DNA of 64,000 nucleotides, taken from positions 6,163 to 70,162 of the forward strand of contig CAIQBW010000021.1 of the NCBI GenBank assembly GCA_903870165.1, read 5' to 3'. The stretch comes from an uncultured Methylophilaceae bacterium (GTDB taxonomy: Bacteria > Pseudomonadota > Gammaproteobacteria > Burkholderiales > Methylophilaceae). Below the pieces are notes generated by a model that was given only the letters and a program-made list of their open reading frames with translations, was not told the origin of the DNA and searched no databases. Shown here in pieces: positions 20,032 to 31,364 of the stretch. Position numbers and translations under genes: made by a program. The first letter of the stretch is position 1. Every line of letters begins with the position of its first letter.

Positions 20032-23000
20032 ATGTCCCAATCTATGCTCAGTTTGCGCGGTAGCGCGGCGCTATCCTCTTTTAGACTTCAAAAAATCCTT
20101 GCGAATTTAAGTCAATCAGCTCCTCAAGTTAATGATGTGCATGCTGACTTTTGGCACTTTGCTTGGAATGAAGGGGAATTAACTGCTGCACAGCTAGATA
20201 CGCTGACTAAAATTCTCACTTACGGACCACGAATGGCTGAAGAAGCGCCAGTGGGTGAGCTATTTTTGGTGATTCCGCGCCCAGGTACTATTTCACCTTG
20301 GGCTTCACGCGCAACTGACATTGCTAAGCATTGTGGCTTGGGAAATATGCAACGTATTGAACGTGGAATTGCTTATTACGTTACTAAGAAAGATGGTTCA
20401 TTTTTAACCGCATCGGAAAAGCAAGCGGTGAAAGTGGCTGTGCATGACCGCATGACTGAAGCTGTATTTGCTAGCTTGGATGACGCTGCAAAGCTTTATC
20501 ATCAAGCCACTCCAGCGCCTTTGTCTAGCGTAGACATTTTGGCTGGGGGCAAAGAGGCGCTTAATCAAGCTAATGCTGATTTGGGTTTGGCGCTTTCTCT
20601 CGATGAGGTTGATTACCTCTTAGAAAACTTTACGCGCATTGGTCGCAACCCGACAGACGTTGAATTGATGATGTTTGCACAAGCAAACTCCGAACACTGC
20701 CGCCATAAGATTTTTAATGCGGATTGGATTGTTGATGGTGTGGAGCAAGCGCAGTCATTGTTTGGCATGATCCGCAATACGCACAAACTCAACCCAGGTA
20801 GCACAGTGGTAGCTTATTCAGATAATGCCTCCATTGTTGCTGGATCAGCCGGTCAAAAAACTAAACGTTTCTATCCGCAAACGGGCGGGGCTTATGGTTT
20901 TGTTGAAGAAGAGATGCACTATTTGATGAAAGTGGAAACGCACAATCATCCAACGGCTATTTCGCCTTTTGCTGGGGCAGCCACGGGCGCAGGTGGTGAG
21001 ATTCGTGATGAGGGTGCAACAGGTAGCGGCTCTAAACCCAAAGCTGGTTTAACTGGCTTCTCAGTTTCAAATTTGAACATTCCAGGTTTTGAACAACCGT
21101 GGGAGGGTGCTTATGGCAAGCCTTCACGGACAGCTTCCCCTTTGCAAATCATGATTGATGGCCCACTTGGTGGAGCGGCTTATAACAATGAATTTGGTCG
21201 CCCAAATATTGCGGGCTATTTCCGTACTTTTGAATTAGAAGCTGCTGGTGAAATGCGTGGTTATCACAAGCCAATTATGTTGGCGGGTGGCGTGGGTAAT
21301 ATTTCTGCAAAACATTCTAAAAAGAACCCGATTCCAGCAGGCGCGTGCCTTATTCAATTGGGTGGTCCAGCGATGCTGATTGGCTTAGGTGGCGGTGCGG
21401 CCTCTAGCATGGATACCGGCTCTAATGCTGAGAATCTGGACTTTGATTCAGTGCAAAGAGGTAATCCAGAGTTGGAGCGTCGCGCACAAGAGGTGATTGA
21501 CCGCTGTTGGCAATTGGGTGACAAAAATCCCATTTTAAGTATTCATGACGTTGGCGCTGGTGGTATTTCTAACGCATTCCCCGAATTGGTGAACGACGCA
21601 GGCGTTGGTGCTGTATTCCAATTACGCGATGTGCATAATGAAGAGCCTGGCATGTCACCACGCGAGCTTTGGAGTAACGAAGCGCAAGAGCGCTATGTGA
21701 TGGCCGTTTCTAAAGAAAACTTGGCGCTATTTGCTGAAATCTGTGAGCGTGAGCGTTGTCCTTTTGCCGTTGTTGGTGAAGCCACTGAAGAACGCCATTT
21801 AACGGTTGCAGATAGCCATTTTGGAAACAAGCCTGTGGATATGGATTTGTCTGTATTGCTTGGTAAGCCGCCAAAAATGCTGCGCGATGTAAAGCATGCG
21901 ACACGTACTTTGCCAGCGTTTGATACTTCAAAAGTCGATCTCCAAGATGCTGCAAATCGTGTTCTACGCCTTCCAGGCGTTGCTGATAAAACATTCCTCA
22001 TTACTATTGGCGATCGCTCTGTTACAGGATTGATTGCACGCGACCAAATGGTGGGTCCTTGGCAAGTGCCCGTGGCTGATGTTGCGGTAACACTTGCGGG
22101 CTACCAGACTTATCAAGGTGAAGCTTTTGCGATTGGTGAAAAAGCGCCTTTGGCATTGATTGATGCCCCTGCATCTGGTCGTATGGCAATTGGTGAATCA
22201 ATCACCAATATTGCAGCAAGCCGCATTAAAGACATTGCTGATTTGAAACTATCTGCAAACTGGATGGCTCCAGCGGGTCACCCAGGAGAAGATGCTGCTT
22301 TGTTCGACACAGTTAAAGCTGTTGGTATGGAACTTTGTCCTGCGTTAGGTATTAGTATTCCTGTTGGTAAAGATTCGATGTCGATGAAGACGGTGTGGGA
22401 AGATGCCGGCGAGAAAAAAGCTGTGACATCACCGATTTCATTGGTGGTTACAGCTTTTGCTGCTACGCCAGATGCACGTAAAACACTTACACCACAATTA
22501 AGAACAGATCTTGGCGATACTCAATTAATTTTGATTGATTTGGGCGCAGGTAAAAACCGCATGGGTGGCTCGGCTTTAGCGCAGGTCTACGGAGCGGTGG
22601 GTAACCAAGCACCTGATGTCGATGATGCAGCGCGTTTGAAGAATTTCTTCACTTCGATTCAAAGCTTGAATGAAGACGGCAAGTTGCTTGCTTACCATGA
22701 CCGTTCAGATGGTGGTCTGTTCTCAACGCTTGTAGAAATGGCATTTGCGGGACATTGTGGCTTAAATATTAATCTTGATGGTTTGGCTGTTGATCTCGCA
22801 AGTGTGCTTTATAACGAAGAATTAGGTGCTGTTATTCAGGTGCGCGCTGCGGATGCCGATGCGATCGTAGCAAGTCTAAAACAATCATTGCTAAATTGTG
22901 TGCATGTCATTGGTGAGGTGACAACTGGGGAGGCCATTGCTATCAAGCAAACAGGTAAGGTTGTATTTGAAGCTTCCCGTGTTGATTTGCATCGTGCTTG

Positions 23001-23934
23001 GTCTGAAACCACTTATCAAATGCAAAAAATGCGTGATAACCCAGCATGTGCCCAACAAGAATACGACCGTATTTTGGATAAGACTGACGCTGGCTTGCAT
23101 GCAAAACTGACATTCGACCCTAGCGACAATATTGCTGCGAGCTATATTGCTTCTGGCGCTCGTCCAAAAATGGCGATTTTGCGTGAGCAAGGCGTCAACG
23201 GCCAAACTGAAATGGCAGCAGCTTTTGATCGCGCAGGCTTTGCAACATTTGACATTCATATGAGCGATATCATTAGCGGTCGAGTCAGTTTAAAAGACTT
23301 CGCCGGCTTTGTGGCTTGTGGTGGTTTCTCTTATGGTGATGTATTGGGGGCTGGTGAGGGTTGGGCGAAATCTATCTTGTTCAATGCACGCGCTAGAGAC
23401 GAGTTCTCGGCGTTCTTTGAGCGCCAAGACTCTTTCTCATTGGGTATTTGTAACGGTTGCCAAATGATGAGTAACTTACACAGTATTATTCCTGGTGCTG
23501 AGCAATGGCCGCATTTTGTGCGTAATAAATCAGAACAGTTTGAAGCGCGTTTTGCGATGGTCGAAGTGCAAGAGTCACCCTCACTGTTCTTTACAGGTAT
23601 GGCTGGAAGCCGCATGCCAATTGCCGTTGCACATGGTGAAGGTTTTGCGGAATTTTCTTCAGAATCTGCTGTCAATAGAATTGTTGCAGATAAACTAGTG
23701 AGTATGAAGTTTGTGGATAATGCCGGAATTTCCACTGAAGTGTATCCGTTTAACCCAAATGGATCGCCGCAAGGGATTACTGGTTTAACTACTCAGGATG
23801 GACGTTTTAGTATTATGATGCCTCATCCAGAACGTGTTTTCCGTACTGTGCAAAATTCTTGGCACCCAGACACTTGGGGCGAAGATGGTGCTTGGATACG
23901 TATGTTTAGAAATGCAAGAAAGTTTATCAATTAA
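20032..23934 (+). CDS. purL: Phosphoribosylformylglycinamidine synthase (large type)
   Basis: [41 protein letters not shown]; 1300 aa. Confidence 0.98.
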   Translation: MSQSMLSLRGSAALSSFRLQKILANLSQSAPQVNDVHADFWHFAWNEGELTAAQLDTLTKILTYGPRMAEEAPVGELFLVIPRPGTISPWASRATDIAKHCGLGNMQRIERGIAYYVTKKDGSFLTASEKQAVKVAVHDRMTEAVFASLDDAAKLYHQATPAPLSSVDILAGGKEALNQANADLGLALSLDEVDYLLENFTRIGRNPTDVELMMFAQANSEHCRHKIFNADWIVDGVEQAQSLFGMIRNTHKLNPGSTVVAYSDNASIVAGSAGQKTKRFYPQTGGAYGFVEEEMHYLMKVETHNHPTAISPFAGAATGAGGEIRDEGATGSGSKPKAGLTGFSVSNLNIPGFEQPWEGAYGKPSRTASPLQIMIDGPLGGAAYNNEFGRPNIAGYFRTFELEAAGEMRGYHKPIMLAGGVGNISAKHSKKNPIPAGACLIQLGGPAMLIGLGGGAASSMDTGSNAENLDFDSVQRGNPELERRAQEVIDRCWQLGDKNPILSIHDVGAGGISNAFPELVNDAGVGAVFQLRDVHNEEPGMSPRELWSNEAQERYVMAVSKENLALFAEICERERCPFAVVGEATEERHLTVADSHFGNKPVDMDLSVLLGKPPKMLRDVKHATRTLPAFDTSKVDLQDAANRVLRLPGVADKTFLITIGDRSVTGLIARDQMVGPWQVPVADVAVTLAGYQTYQGEAFAIGEKAPLALIDAPASGRMAIGESITNIAASRIKDIADLKLSANWMAPAGHPGEDAALFDTVKAVGMELCPALGISIPVGKDSMSMKTVWEDAGEKKAVTSPISLVVTAFAATPDARKTLTPQLRTDLGDTQLILIDLGAGKNRMGGSALAQVYGAVGNQAPDVDDAARLKNFFTSIQSLNEDGKLLAYHDRSDGGLFSTLVEMAFAGHCGLNINLDGLAVDLASVLYNEELGAVIQVRAADADAIVASLKQSLLNCVHVIGEVTTGEAIAIKQTGKVVFEASRVDLHRAWSETTYQMQKMRDNPACAQQEYDRILDKTDAGLHAKLTFDPSDNIAASYIASGARPKMAILREQGVNGQTEMAAAFDRAGFATFDIHMSDIISGRVSLKDFAGFVACGGFSYGDVLGAGEGWAKSILFNARARDEFSAFFERQDSFSLGICNGCQMMSNLHSIIPGAEQWPHFVRNKSEQFEARFAMVEVQESPSLFFTGMAGSRMPIAVAHGEGFAEFSSESAVNRIVADKLVSMKFVDNAGISTEVYPFNPNGSPQGITGLTTQDGRFSIMMPHPERVFRTVQNSWHPDTWGEDGAWIRMFRNARKFIN

Positions 23935-23962
23935 TTAAAACAATCAAGTTGGAGAGAAATAC

Positions 23963-24445
23963 ATGAAAATGATTAAAGCCTTATTCTTAGCAGCAATTTT
24001 ACTTTTACCTGTTGCAGCATTTGCGATGGAAGGTGATCAGCAAGTTGAATACACACAAGCATTGCGTGATGGTAATGTGAAAATAGTCAAAAAGTATTTA
24101 GATTCTGGTACCGATGTAAATGAGAAATTTTTTGCTTGGTCCGCATTGCAAATTGCTGCGAATCAAAACCAACTAGCCGTTGTGAAATTTTTAGTTGAAC
24201 GTGGCGCGGAGGTGAATTATGTTCACCCAATGACGAAAATGTCTGCAGGCCAAATGGCTGCTTACGATGGTTACACCGAGTTAGTTAAATACCTTGGCTC
24301 CAAAGGTGCTGATTGGAACTTGAAGCTTAAAGGTGATGTATCAATTCTTCGTGTTGTACGTGACACAGGCAACACTAAGATGGTTGACCTTTTGATTTCA
24401 ATGGGTGCAAAAGATGACGGCTGTAAAGAAGAAAAATGCTTCTAA
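23963..24445 (+). CDS. Secreted ankyrin-repeat protein
   Basis: Signal peptide ending AFA; about 4 ankyrin-like repeats (SALQIAA..VVKFLVERGAEVN); GGAGA RBS; C-terminal CKEEKCF. Confidence 0.85.
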   Translation: MKMIKALFLAAILLLPVAAFAMEGDQQVEYTQALRDGNVKIVKKYLDSGTDVNEKFFAWSALQIAANQNQLAVVKFLVERGAEVNYVHPMTKMSAGQMAAYDGYTELVKYLGSKGADWNLKLKGDVSILRVVRDTGNTKMVDLLISMGAKDDGCKEEKCF

Positions 24446-24486
24446 TAAAGTCTTACAAACTCATTGATATGATTTAATATGTCTCT

Positions 24487-24867
24487 ATGAAGATTCAATT
24501 AAACACTATCGGAAACCCCCACAAATACTTATTGGTGTTTGTGGGGGTTTTTGTCATCAGTACCAATGTTTATGCTGACGAAAGTACTGTCACTTCGCCA
24601 CATATTCAAACCCTAGCCGCATCGTGTGCGGCTTGCCATGGCAGTCAGGGAAATAGCGTCGGAGGCACGTCAGTGCTTGCTGGCTTAGATGCTTCGCATT
24701 TTACATTACAGATGATGGCGTTTAGAAATGGCAGTCGCAGTTCAACAGTGATGCATAGGCACGCAAAAGGTTTAACAGTTGAAGAGATTAACGATTTAGC
24801 CGTTTACTTTTCTCAGCAAAAACGTGTCCCAGCATTAACCCCTCCAAATCAACGATTGGCCGAATAG
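24487..24867 (+). CDS. Monoheme cytochrome c, flavocytochrome c heme subunit (FccA-like)
   Basis: Signal peptide, single CAACH heme motif, STVM distal Met; 1 nt upstream of the FCSD flavoprotein gene. Confidence 0.88.
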   Translation: MKIQLNTIGNPHKYLLVFVGVFVISTNVYADESTVTSPHIQTLAASCAACHGSQGNSVGGTSVLAGLDASHFTLQMMAFRNGSRSSTVMHRHAKGLTVEEINDLAVYFSQQKRVPALTPPNQRLAE

Positions 24868-24868
24868 C

Positions 24869-26134
24869 ATGACGATCGATAGGCGTGACTTTCTAAAAAT
24901 TGCTGCATCAACGGCGCTAGTTTCTTTTCCGCTAATTTCAAAAGCAGTCGTCAGCCAAGCTAAAGGCCGTGTGGTAGTTGTTGGCGGCGGCTATGCTGGC
25001 GCAACAGCAGCAAAATATCTGCGTACTTGGAGCAATGGTGGCTTAGATGTCATCGTGGTCGAACCACGTAGCCAGTTTGTTTCATGCCCTTTGAGTAATT
25101 TAGTTTTAGGTGGCAATAAAAACATCAACGACCTTACTTTTGGATACGACCTACTCAAAAGCAATCATGGTATTCAGTGGGTGAGTGATGAAGTGGTCGC
25201 GATTGATGCGGCTTCTCGTGTGGTTAAGATGAAGCAGGGCGAGCTTGCTTACGATAGGCTAGTAATAGCGCCTGGTATTGATTTTATGTTTGAGCAATTG
25301 CCAATGTTGCAAAGCCCGCAAGCGCAAGAAGTGGTGCCTCACGCTTGGAAAGCGGGCGCGCAAACGGTCAATCTACGGAAACAGCTTGAAAGCATGAAAG
25401 ACGGCGGCGTGTTTGTCATCAGCATTCCTAAAGCACCATATCGTTGTCCACCAGGGCCATACGAGCGTGTTTGCCAAGTAGCGTTTTATTTAAAAAATCA
25501 CAAGCCAAACTCTAAAATTATTGTGCTGGATGCCAATGCGGAGATTATCTCTAAAAAAGGCTTGTTTACTAAAGTCTGGGCAGATATGTACGCTGGCATG
25601 ATTGATTATCGACCTAATAGCAGTGTTGTAGATGTTGATGTCGCAGCAAAAACGATCAAAACAGAATTTGAGTCTGTGCAAGCCAATGTGCTGAATGTTA
25701 TTCCACCGCAACGTGCTGGTAAAATCGCCCAAATTGTTGGCGCTGCGAATGTGGATAAGCGTTGGAGTGAGGTGGATTTCCTTACTTACGAATCTAAAAT
25801 TGTGCCTAATGTCCATATTATTGGCGACTCTGTCTCTGCGGCACTGCCAAAATCAGCGCATATGGCCACCTCGCAAGCACGTGTTTGTGCCAACGCTATT
25901 GTTGCGCTGATGAGTGACCAAGCGCCTGATGCGTCGCCTGTATTTGCTAATACTTGCTATAGCTACGTTTCAGACAAAATGGCGATGCATGTTGCCAATG
26001 TTTATCGCTATGATGCGACTAAAAAAATCATGGTGTCTGCCGAAGGTGGTGGGGTGTCAGATAAGCCATCAGAGCTAGAAGGCAATTACGCACAAGCATG
26101 GGCGAAAAACATTTGGTCAGATGTGCTGACTTAG
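24869..26134 (+). CDS. fccB: Flavocytochrome c sulfide dehydrogenase flavoprotein subunit (FccB/SoxF-like)
   Basis: Tat motif DRRDFLK, VVGGGYAG FAD motif, SCPLSN, RCPPGPYER and NTCYS cysteines. Confidence 0.9.
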   Translation: MTIDRRDFLKIAASTALVSFPLISKAVVSQAKGRVVVVGGGYAGATAAKYLRTWSNGGLDVIVVEPRSQFVSCPLSNLVLGGNKNINDLTFGYDLLKSNHGIQWVSDEVVAIDAASRVVKMKQGELAYDRLVIAPGIDFMFEQLPMLQSPQAQEVVPHAWKAGAQTVNLRKQLESMKDGGVFVISIPKAPYRCPPGPYERVCQVAFYLKNHKPNSKIIVLDANAEIISKKGLFTKVWADMYAGMIDYRPNSSVVDVDVAAKTIKTEFESVQANVLNVIPPQRAGKIAQIVGAANVDKRWSEVDFLTYESKIVPNVHIIGDSVSAALPKSAHMATSQARVCANAIVALMSDQAPDASPVFANTCYSYVSDKMAMHVANVYRYDATKKIMVSAEGGGVSDKPSELEGNYAQAWAKNIWSDVLT

Positions 26135-26181
26135 GTTTTTATTGAGTTATTTTAAATGGAAAAGTGTTTTATAAAATCACC

Positions 26182-26760
26182 ATGTTGAACTTCAAAAAAG
26201 CGTTATCTGCAGTATTCTTTATAATCTTCAATAGTTTAGCTATAGCACACGAAATTTCGCCAACAAATATCGCCGTTTATATTCAAGGACAAGAATACAA
26301 TCACCAAATCATGTTGAGAAATTACTCTCAAGATTATTGGTATAGCCAAGGTCCTTTGCTAGAGACTGCGGCAAATGATGTGTTAGGGGCTGACTTTTCT
26401 GGCGTGGATATGTGCGATGTTCAGCCAGCGGCTGCAAAAGTCGTCGTCTGGCTTCGTCCACGCATGTTTTACAACCCACAAATGCAAACTTTTTATGGCA
26501 AAGTCATCGCCGTGACTTATACCGCCGATGGAAAGCCTTTAGCCAATTATGAAGGCGAAGCCACTAAGCGCGCTTTCTTCGATGTTAAAACCGAGTTGAC
26601 ATTGAGCGATGTCTATCATGCTGCTATGCAAGTAGTTTCAGTCAAAATGAAAGCTGATAATAAGTTTCAAGCCGCCTTAAAAGCGCCATCATTTTCATCG
26701 CCTTGTGCAACCGTGAGTGTGTTGCCTGAGCCAAAAATTCAGTTTATGTCATTTCAATAG
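26182..26760 (+). CDS. Hypothetical secreted protein
   Basis: Open frame with a signal peptide ending AIA, two Cys, no family recognised; 8 nt from the next gene; start could be 26164. Confidence 0.75.
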   Translation: MLNFKKALSAVFFIIFNSLAIAHEISPTNIAVYIQGQEYNHQIMLRNYSQDYWYSQGPLLETAANDVLGADFSGVDMCDVQPAAAKVVVWLRPRMFYNPQMQTFYGKVIAVTYTADGKPLANYEGEATKRAFFDVKTELTLSDVYHAAMQVVSVKMKADNKFQAALKAPSFSSPCATVSVLPEPKIQFMSFQ

Positions 26761-26768
26761 GGAGTTTT

Positions 26769-27626
26769 ATGCGCATTTCTAAATTATTGCTAACCTTGGT
26801 TGCGGTGATTTCTATGACCGCCCAGGCCCACGAAACAAAAAAAATCACAGGCCTAAAAATGCCTGAGTCAGCCATTGCTGCAAGGGATGGTCGTGTGTTT
26901 GTTTCGGAGATCGGCGAGTTCGGAAAAGATGGAGACGGCCAAATTACTGTGGTGGATAAAAATGGCGAAACCAAGGTATTTGCACAAGGTTTAGATGACC
27001 CTAAAGGCCTTGCGATGGTTGGCAAGGATTTATATGTGGCGGATATCCACCAAGTGATTAAAATCTCGCCAGATGGCAAAACTTCAGTATTTGCTGCGGC
27101 AGAAGCATTCCCTGATGCACCACAATTCTTAAACGACTTAGAGTCCGATGCGGCTGGCAATATTTATGTGAGCGATAGTGGCGACTTAAAAGGCGCTGGC
27201 GGTGCGATTTATAAAATTAACCCACAAGGCAAAGTCACCACCATAATCAATGGCAAACAAGATCCACGCGTATTAGCACCTAATGGATTGCTCATGGGTA
27301 AAACACCTAACTGCATCATGGTAGTCGATTTCGTGTCTGGGGTTTTATATCGCTTGGATATGAAGAAAAATACCTTGATTGAAGTGGCTAAAGGCTTTGG
27401 TGGCGGCGATGGTGTCGTCAAAGGTAAAAAAGACCAGTTCTATGTGAGCGATTGGAAAAACGGCAAAGTGTTTAGCGTGAAGCTAGAAAAAGGTACAGTT
27501 CCAAATGGCGAACTAGTGAAAGAAGGCTTTGCAGCTGCTGCTGATATTGCGCCTAGCGCGGATGGTAAGTTCTTATTGGTGCCAGATATGAAAGCGGGTG
27601 AACTGGTCTATCTGCCAGTACATTAA
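26769..27626 (+). CDS. Secreted SMP-30/gluconolactonase-like six-bladed beta-propeller
   Basis: Signal peptide; MPES, FLND, PNG, GDG candidate metal-ligand motifs; YVSD/YVAD blade repeats; GGGAG RBS. Confidence 0.85.
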   Translation: MRISKLLLTLVAVISMTAQAHETKKITGLKMPESAIAARDGRVFVSEIGEFGKDGDGQITVVDKNGETKVFAQGLDDPKGLAMVGKDLYVADIHQVIKISPDGKTSVFAAAEAFPDAPQFLNDLESDAAGNIYVSDSGDLKGAGGAIYKINPQGKVTTIINGKQDPRVLAPNGLLMGKTPNCIMVVDFVSGVLYRLDMKKNTLIEVAKGFGGGDGVVKGKKDQFYVSDWKNGKVFSVKLEKGTVPNGELVKEGFAAAADIAPSADGKFLLVPDMKAGELVYLPVH

Positions 27627-27645
27627 TTTATAGTTTTTGAAATGC

Positions 27646-27677
27646 AAAAGGGCCCTCATAAATGAAGGCCCTTTTTT
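27646..27677. terminator. Bidirectional terminator
   Basis: AAAAGGGCC...GGCCCTTTTTT between convergent genes. Confidence 0.8.
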
Positions 27678-27728
27678 GTGCACATGGGGCGCAGCTTTTT
27701 GCACTGTGCCATATTCCACAATTAAAAA

Positions 27729-28289
27729 TTATTTAATGACGGTCACTGACTCAATCGTCACTGTTTGCACTGGGACATCGCCGCCGTCTGTTGGTAGGTG
27801 TGAGATTTTTTCAACAACATCCATGCCTTTGACTACTTTGCCAAACACGGCATAGCCCCATCCGCGTTCTGATTTTTCGGTGTAGTTTAAGAAAGCATTA
27901 TTGGCGACGTTAATAAAGAACTGTGATGAAGCTGAATGCGGGTCGTTGGTACGTGCCATGGCGATTGTGCCGATGGTATTTGCTAGGCCATTGTCTGCTT
28001 CGTTTTTAATCGGTGCGCGCGTAGTTTTCTCGTTCAAGTTTTTATCCATGCCGCCGCCTTGAATCATAAAGCCAGAAATCACGCGGTGGAAAATAGTGCC
28101 ATTATAAAAGCCATCGTTGGCATATTTCACAAAGTTAGCCACGGTGTTCGGCGCTTTTTCTTGGTTGAGTTCAACCACAATCAAGCCTTTGTTGGTTTTA
28201 ATTTCAACAGTTGGTTGAGCGAATACGTTCATGCTTGAAGCGAGTAGTGAAACTAAAGCGCATGCAAGAAGTAGTTTTTTTAATGACAT
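27729..28289 (-). CDS. ppiA: Periplasmic cyclophilin-type peptidyl-prolyl isomerase
   Basis: [37 protein letters not shown]; signal peptide from MSLKK with an AAGGA RBS. Confidence 0.92.
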   Translation of the reverse strand: MSLKKLLLACALVSLLASSMNVFAQPTVEIKTNKGLIVVELNQEKAPNTVANFVKYANDGFYNGTIFHRVISGFMIQGGGMDKNLNEKTTRAPIKNEADNGLANTIGTIAMARTNDPHSASSQFFINVANNAFLNYTEKSERGWGYAVFGKVVKGMDVVEKISHLPTDGGDVPVQTVTIESVTVIK

Positions 28290-28311
28290 ATTAAGTCCTT
28301 TAGTGGGTCTA

Positions 28312-29160
28312 TTAAATGGTTGAGAATAAATTAGCAATGCCATCCAGCCCAACATGGTTGAGCGCATAACTGGCTTGGGCTTGTACGATAGGCTTGGCGT
28401 GGTAAGCAATCCCAGCGGTGGCTACGCGCATCATGGTGAGGTCGTTCGCGCCATCGCCAATTGCAATGACTTGGTCTGCAGTTAGGCTTAATTCGTCACG
28501 TTTTTTTACAAGAAAATCTGCTTTGGCTTGTCCATCAACAATCTCACCCAGCACTTTGCCTGTGAGTTTTCCGTCGACAATTTCAAGTGTATTTGATTCT
28601 GCATAATCTAAGCCTAGCCTGGCTTTGACGTGGTTGGCGAAAAATTCAAAGCCACCAGAAACCAGTAGCGTTTTAATGCCATTGGCTTTACAAGCATCTA
28701 TCCAAATTTGTGCGCCAGGGTTAAGTTCAAGTCTTTCATCAATCACGCGTTGCAGGGCTGATTCTTCAAGACCATTTAGCAAAGCAACGCGACGGGTAAG
28801 ACTTTCTCTAAACTCAATCTCGCCACGCATCGCGCTTTCAGTGATTGCAGCGACTTGTGGTTTGATGTTCATCATGTCGGCAATTTCATCAATGCATTCA
28901 ATGTTGATGAGTGTCGAATCCATGTCCATTACAGCGAGTTTGATGTTTTTAAGCGTTTGTTTTTCTGGCACATAGGCACAGTCGATTTTCTCACTCGCGC
29001 AAAATGCTTTAACTGCCTCAGAAGCTGTTTCTTGATGGGGTAAGTAATAAGCATGCTCAGCAATTTGAATGAATTGTGAGCCATGCTTGGCATTGCTTAG
29101 CAGATGGATATGCATCAAGTGGGGCAACTGAACGGATGGACCTTGAACAACTAAGCGCAT
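28312..29160 (-). CDS. serB: Phosphoserine phosphatase
   Basis: DMDSTL, ECIDE, AMRGE, VSGGF, GDGANDL HAD motifs. Confidence 0.95.
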   Translation of the reverse strand: MRLVVQGPSVQLPHLMHIHLLSNAKHGSQFIQIAEHAYYLPHQETASEAVKAFCASEKIDCAYVPEKQTLKNIKLAVMDMDSTLINIECIDEIADMMNIKPQVAAITESAMRGEIEFRESLTRRVALLNGLEESALQRVIDERLELNPGAQIWIDACKANGIKTLLVSGGFEFFANHVKARLGLDYAESNTLEIVDGKLTGKVLGEIVDGQAKADFLVKKRDELSLTADQVIAIGDGANDLTMMRVATAGIAYHAKPIVQAQASYALNHVGLDGIANLFSTI

Positions 29161-29306
29161 ATTAAGTTTTGTGGAAAATGAAAAAAGTGCAGATATTATA
29201 CATGTTCAAAGCGCTCTATTTATCATGGCTTTCATTTCAACTGGGCTGGCGTCTAGCGACGTTTTGCGCGAGAATGTCACTTTAAGCACAATCACACAAT
29301 ATCACC

Positions 29307-30470
29307 ATGAATTTGCATGAATTTCAGGCTAAACAATTACTTCAACGCTATGGCCTAGCGGTACCTATCGGACAAGTCGTTCAATCAGCAGAAGCTGCTG
29401 CATCGGCAACAAAAGAAATCGCTGGTGATGCTTGGGTGGTCAAGGCGCAAGTGCACGCTGGTGGCCGCGGTAAAGCGGGTGGTGTGAAGATTGTGAAATC
29501 AGCGACTGAAGCACAGTCCGTCGCACATGGCTTGCTGGGTAAACATTTGGTGACCTACCAAAATGCGCCAGATGGTCAACCTGTACATCAATTATTGGTT
29601 GAGCAAACCTTGCCAATTGCACGTGAGCTTTATCTATCTATTTTGGTAGATCGCACACTTGAGCGTGTGGTGATGGTAGCTTCTAGTGCGGGCGGTATGG
29701 ATATCGAAGAAATCGCGGCCACAACTCCGGAAAAAATTCTGCAAGAAGTTTGCGATCCATTAAATGGCTTGGTGGATTTTCAAGCACGTAATTTGGCATT
29801 TGCTTTAGATTTAGTCGGCGATCAAATTGCAGCATTCACTAGGTTGGCAAAAGGCTTATACAAATTATTCAAAGAGAATGATTTAGCATTACTTGAAATT
29901 AACCCACTGATTGTGACGACTGATGGCAAGCTATTTGCCCTGGATTGTAAAATGAGTGTGGATGACAATGCGCTGTATCGTCAAAAATCATTGGCAGAAC
30001 AACGTGATTGGAGCCAAGACGATGCGAAAGAAGCAGAGGCGCATCATGCAGGGCTTAACTATATTGCCCTTAACGGCAATATTGGCTGTATGGTCAATGG
30101 CGCTGGCTTGGCGATGGCGACTATGGATTTGATTAAGCTTCATGGCGGCGCGCCTGCTAACTTCTTGGATGTGGGCGGTGGTGCAACCGCTGAAACCGTA
30201 GCAAAAGCATTTAAGATTATTTTGGCCGATAGCAACGTAAAAGCCATTTTAGTGAATATTTTTGGTGGCATTATGCGATGCGACATTATTGCTGAAGGTA
30301 TTATCACTGCGGTGAAGGAAGTGGGAATTAAAATTCCTGTGGTGGTGCGTTTGGAAGGTACAAATGTCGAATTGGGTCGAAAAATGTTGAGTGAGAGTGG
30401 GCTTTCAATTATTTCTGCTGCTGGTTTGACCGATGCGGCAAAACAAGCAGTTGCCGCAGTAAGCGCGTAA
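29307..30470 (+). CDS. sucC: Succinyl-CoA synthetase beta subunit
   Basis: [42 protein letters not shown]. Confidence 0.96.
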   Translation: MNLHEFQAKQLLQRYGLAVPIGQVVQSAEAAASATKEIAGDAWVVKAQVHAGGRGKAGGVKIVKSATEAQSVAHGLLGKHLVTYQNAPDGQPVHQLLVEQTLPIARELYLSILVDRTLERVVMVASSAGGMDIEEIAATTPEKILQEVCDPLNGLVDFQARNLAFALDLVGDQIAAFTRLAKGLYKLFKENDLALLEINPLIVTTDGKLFALDCKMSVDDNALYRQKSLAEQRDWSQDDAKEAEAHHAGLNYIALNGNIGCMVNGAGLAMATMDLIKLHGGAPANFLDVGGGATAETVAKAFKIILADSNVKAILVNIFGGIMRCDIIAEGIITAVKEVGIKIPVVVRLEGTNVELGRKMLSESGLSIISAAGLTDAAKQAVAAVSA

Positions 30471-30479
30471 GGTTAGAAC

Positions 30480-31364
30480 ATGAGCATATTAGTTAATAAA
30501 AATACCAAAGTGTTGTGCCAAGGCTTTACGGGCAAACAAGGCACATTTCATTCAGAACAAGCGTTGGCTTATGGCACCAAAATGGTGGGGGGTGTAACGC
30601 CGGGCAAAGGTGGCCAAACCCATTTAAGTTTGCCAGTGTTTAACACGATGCGTGATGCGGTGCGCGAAACAGGTGCTAATGCTTCTGTGATTTACGTTCC
30701 ACCTCCATTTGCAGCAGATTCTATTTTAGAAGCGTGTGATGCTGGCATTGATTTGATTGTATGCATTACCGAGGGCATTCCTGTATTGGATATGCTGAAC
30801 GTTAAAGCGGCACTTAAAGCTAATAACGTGAAATTAATTGGTCCGAATTGCCCAGGTGTGATTACCCCAGATGAATGCAAAATCGGCATTATGCCGGGCA
30901 GTATTCATTTGCGCGGTAAAGTGGGCGTGGTTTCCCGTTCTGGCACGCTGACCTATGAAGCGGTTAATCAAACGACTGCTTTGGGCTTGGGTCAATCAAC
31001 TTGCGTAGGAATTGGTGGTGACCCGATTCGTGGCCTTAACTTTGTGGATTGCTTGGAAATGTTCCAAGCTGATCCTGAAACTGAAGCCATTATCATGGTG
31101 GGCGAAATCGGTGGAGCGGATGAAGAGGCTGCTGCTGATTTCATCAAACATCATGTGTCTAAGCCTGTGGCTGGTTATATTGCTGGCCAAACTGCGCCCA
31201 AAGGTAAGCGCATGGGCCATGCTGGCGCAATTATTTCTGGCGGAAGCGGTAAAGCAGAAGACAAGATTTTAGCTTTAGAAAAAGCGGGCGTAGTTGTAGC
31301 GAGCTCTCCAGCAGGTTTGGGCGAAGCAGTTATGGCGGCGATTAAAGCGAAACTAGCAAACTAA
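30480..31364 (+). CDS. sucD: Succinyl-CoA synthetase alpha subunit
   Basis: [32 protein letters not shown] phospho-His motif. Confidence 0.97.
   Translation: MSILVNKNTKVLCQGFTGKQGTFHSEQALAYGTKMVGGVTPGKGGQTHLSLPVFNTMRDAVRETGANASVIYVPPPFAADSILEACDAGIDLIVCITEGIPVLDMLNVKAALKANNVKLIGPNCPGVITPDECKIGIMPGSIHLRGKVGVVSRSGTLTYEAVNQTTALGLGQSTCVGIGGDPIRGLNFVDCLEMFQADPETEAIIMVGEIGGADEEAAADFIKHHVSKPVAGYIAGQTAPKGKRMGHAGAIISGGSGKAEDKILALEKAGVVVASSPAGLGEAVMAAIKAKLAN

Noticed and set aside
27637-27855. 72-aa plus-strand ORF after the beta-propeller gene
   Set aside because: It runs through a terminator and antisense into ppiA
29307-31364. Possibility that the pair is malate thiokinase (MtkAB)
   Set aside because: The sequences look like canonical SucCD and no serine-cycle genes (mcl, ppc) are adjacent
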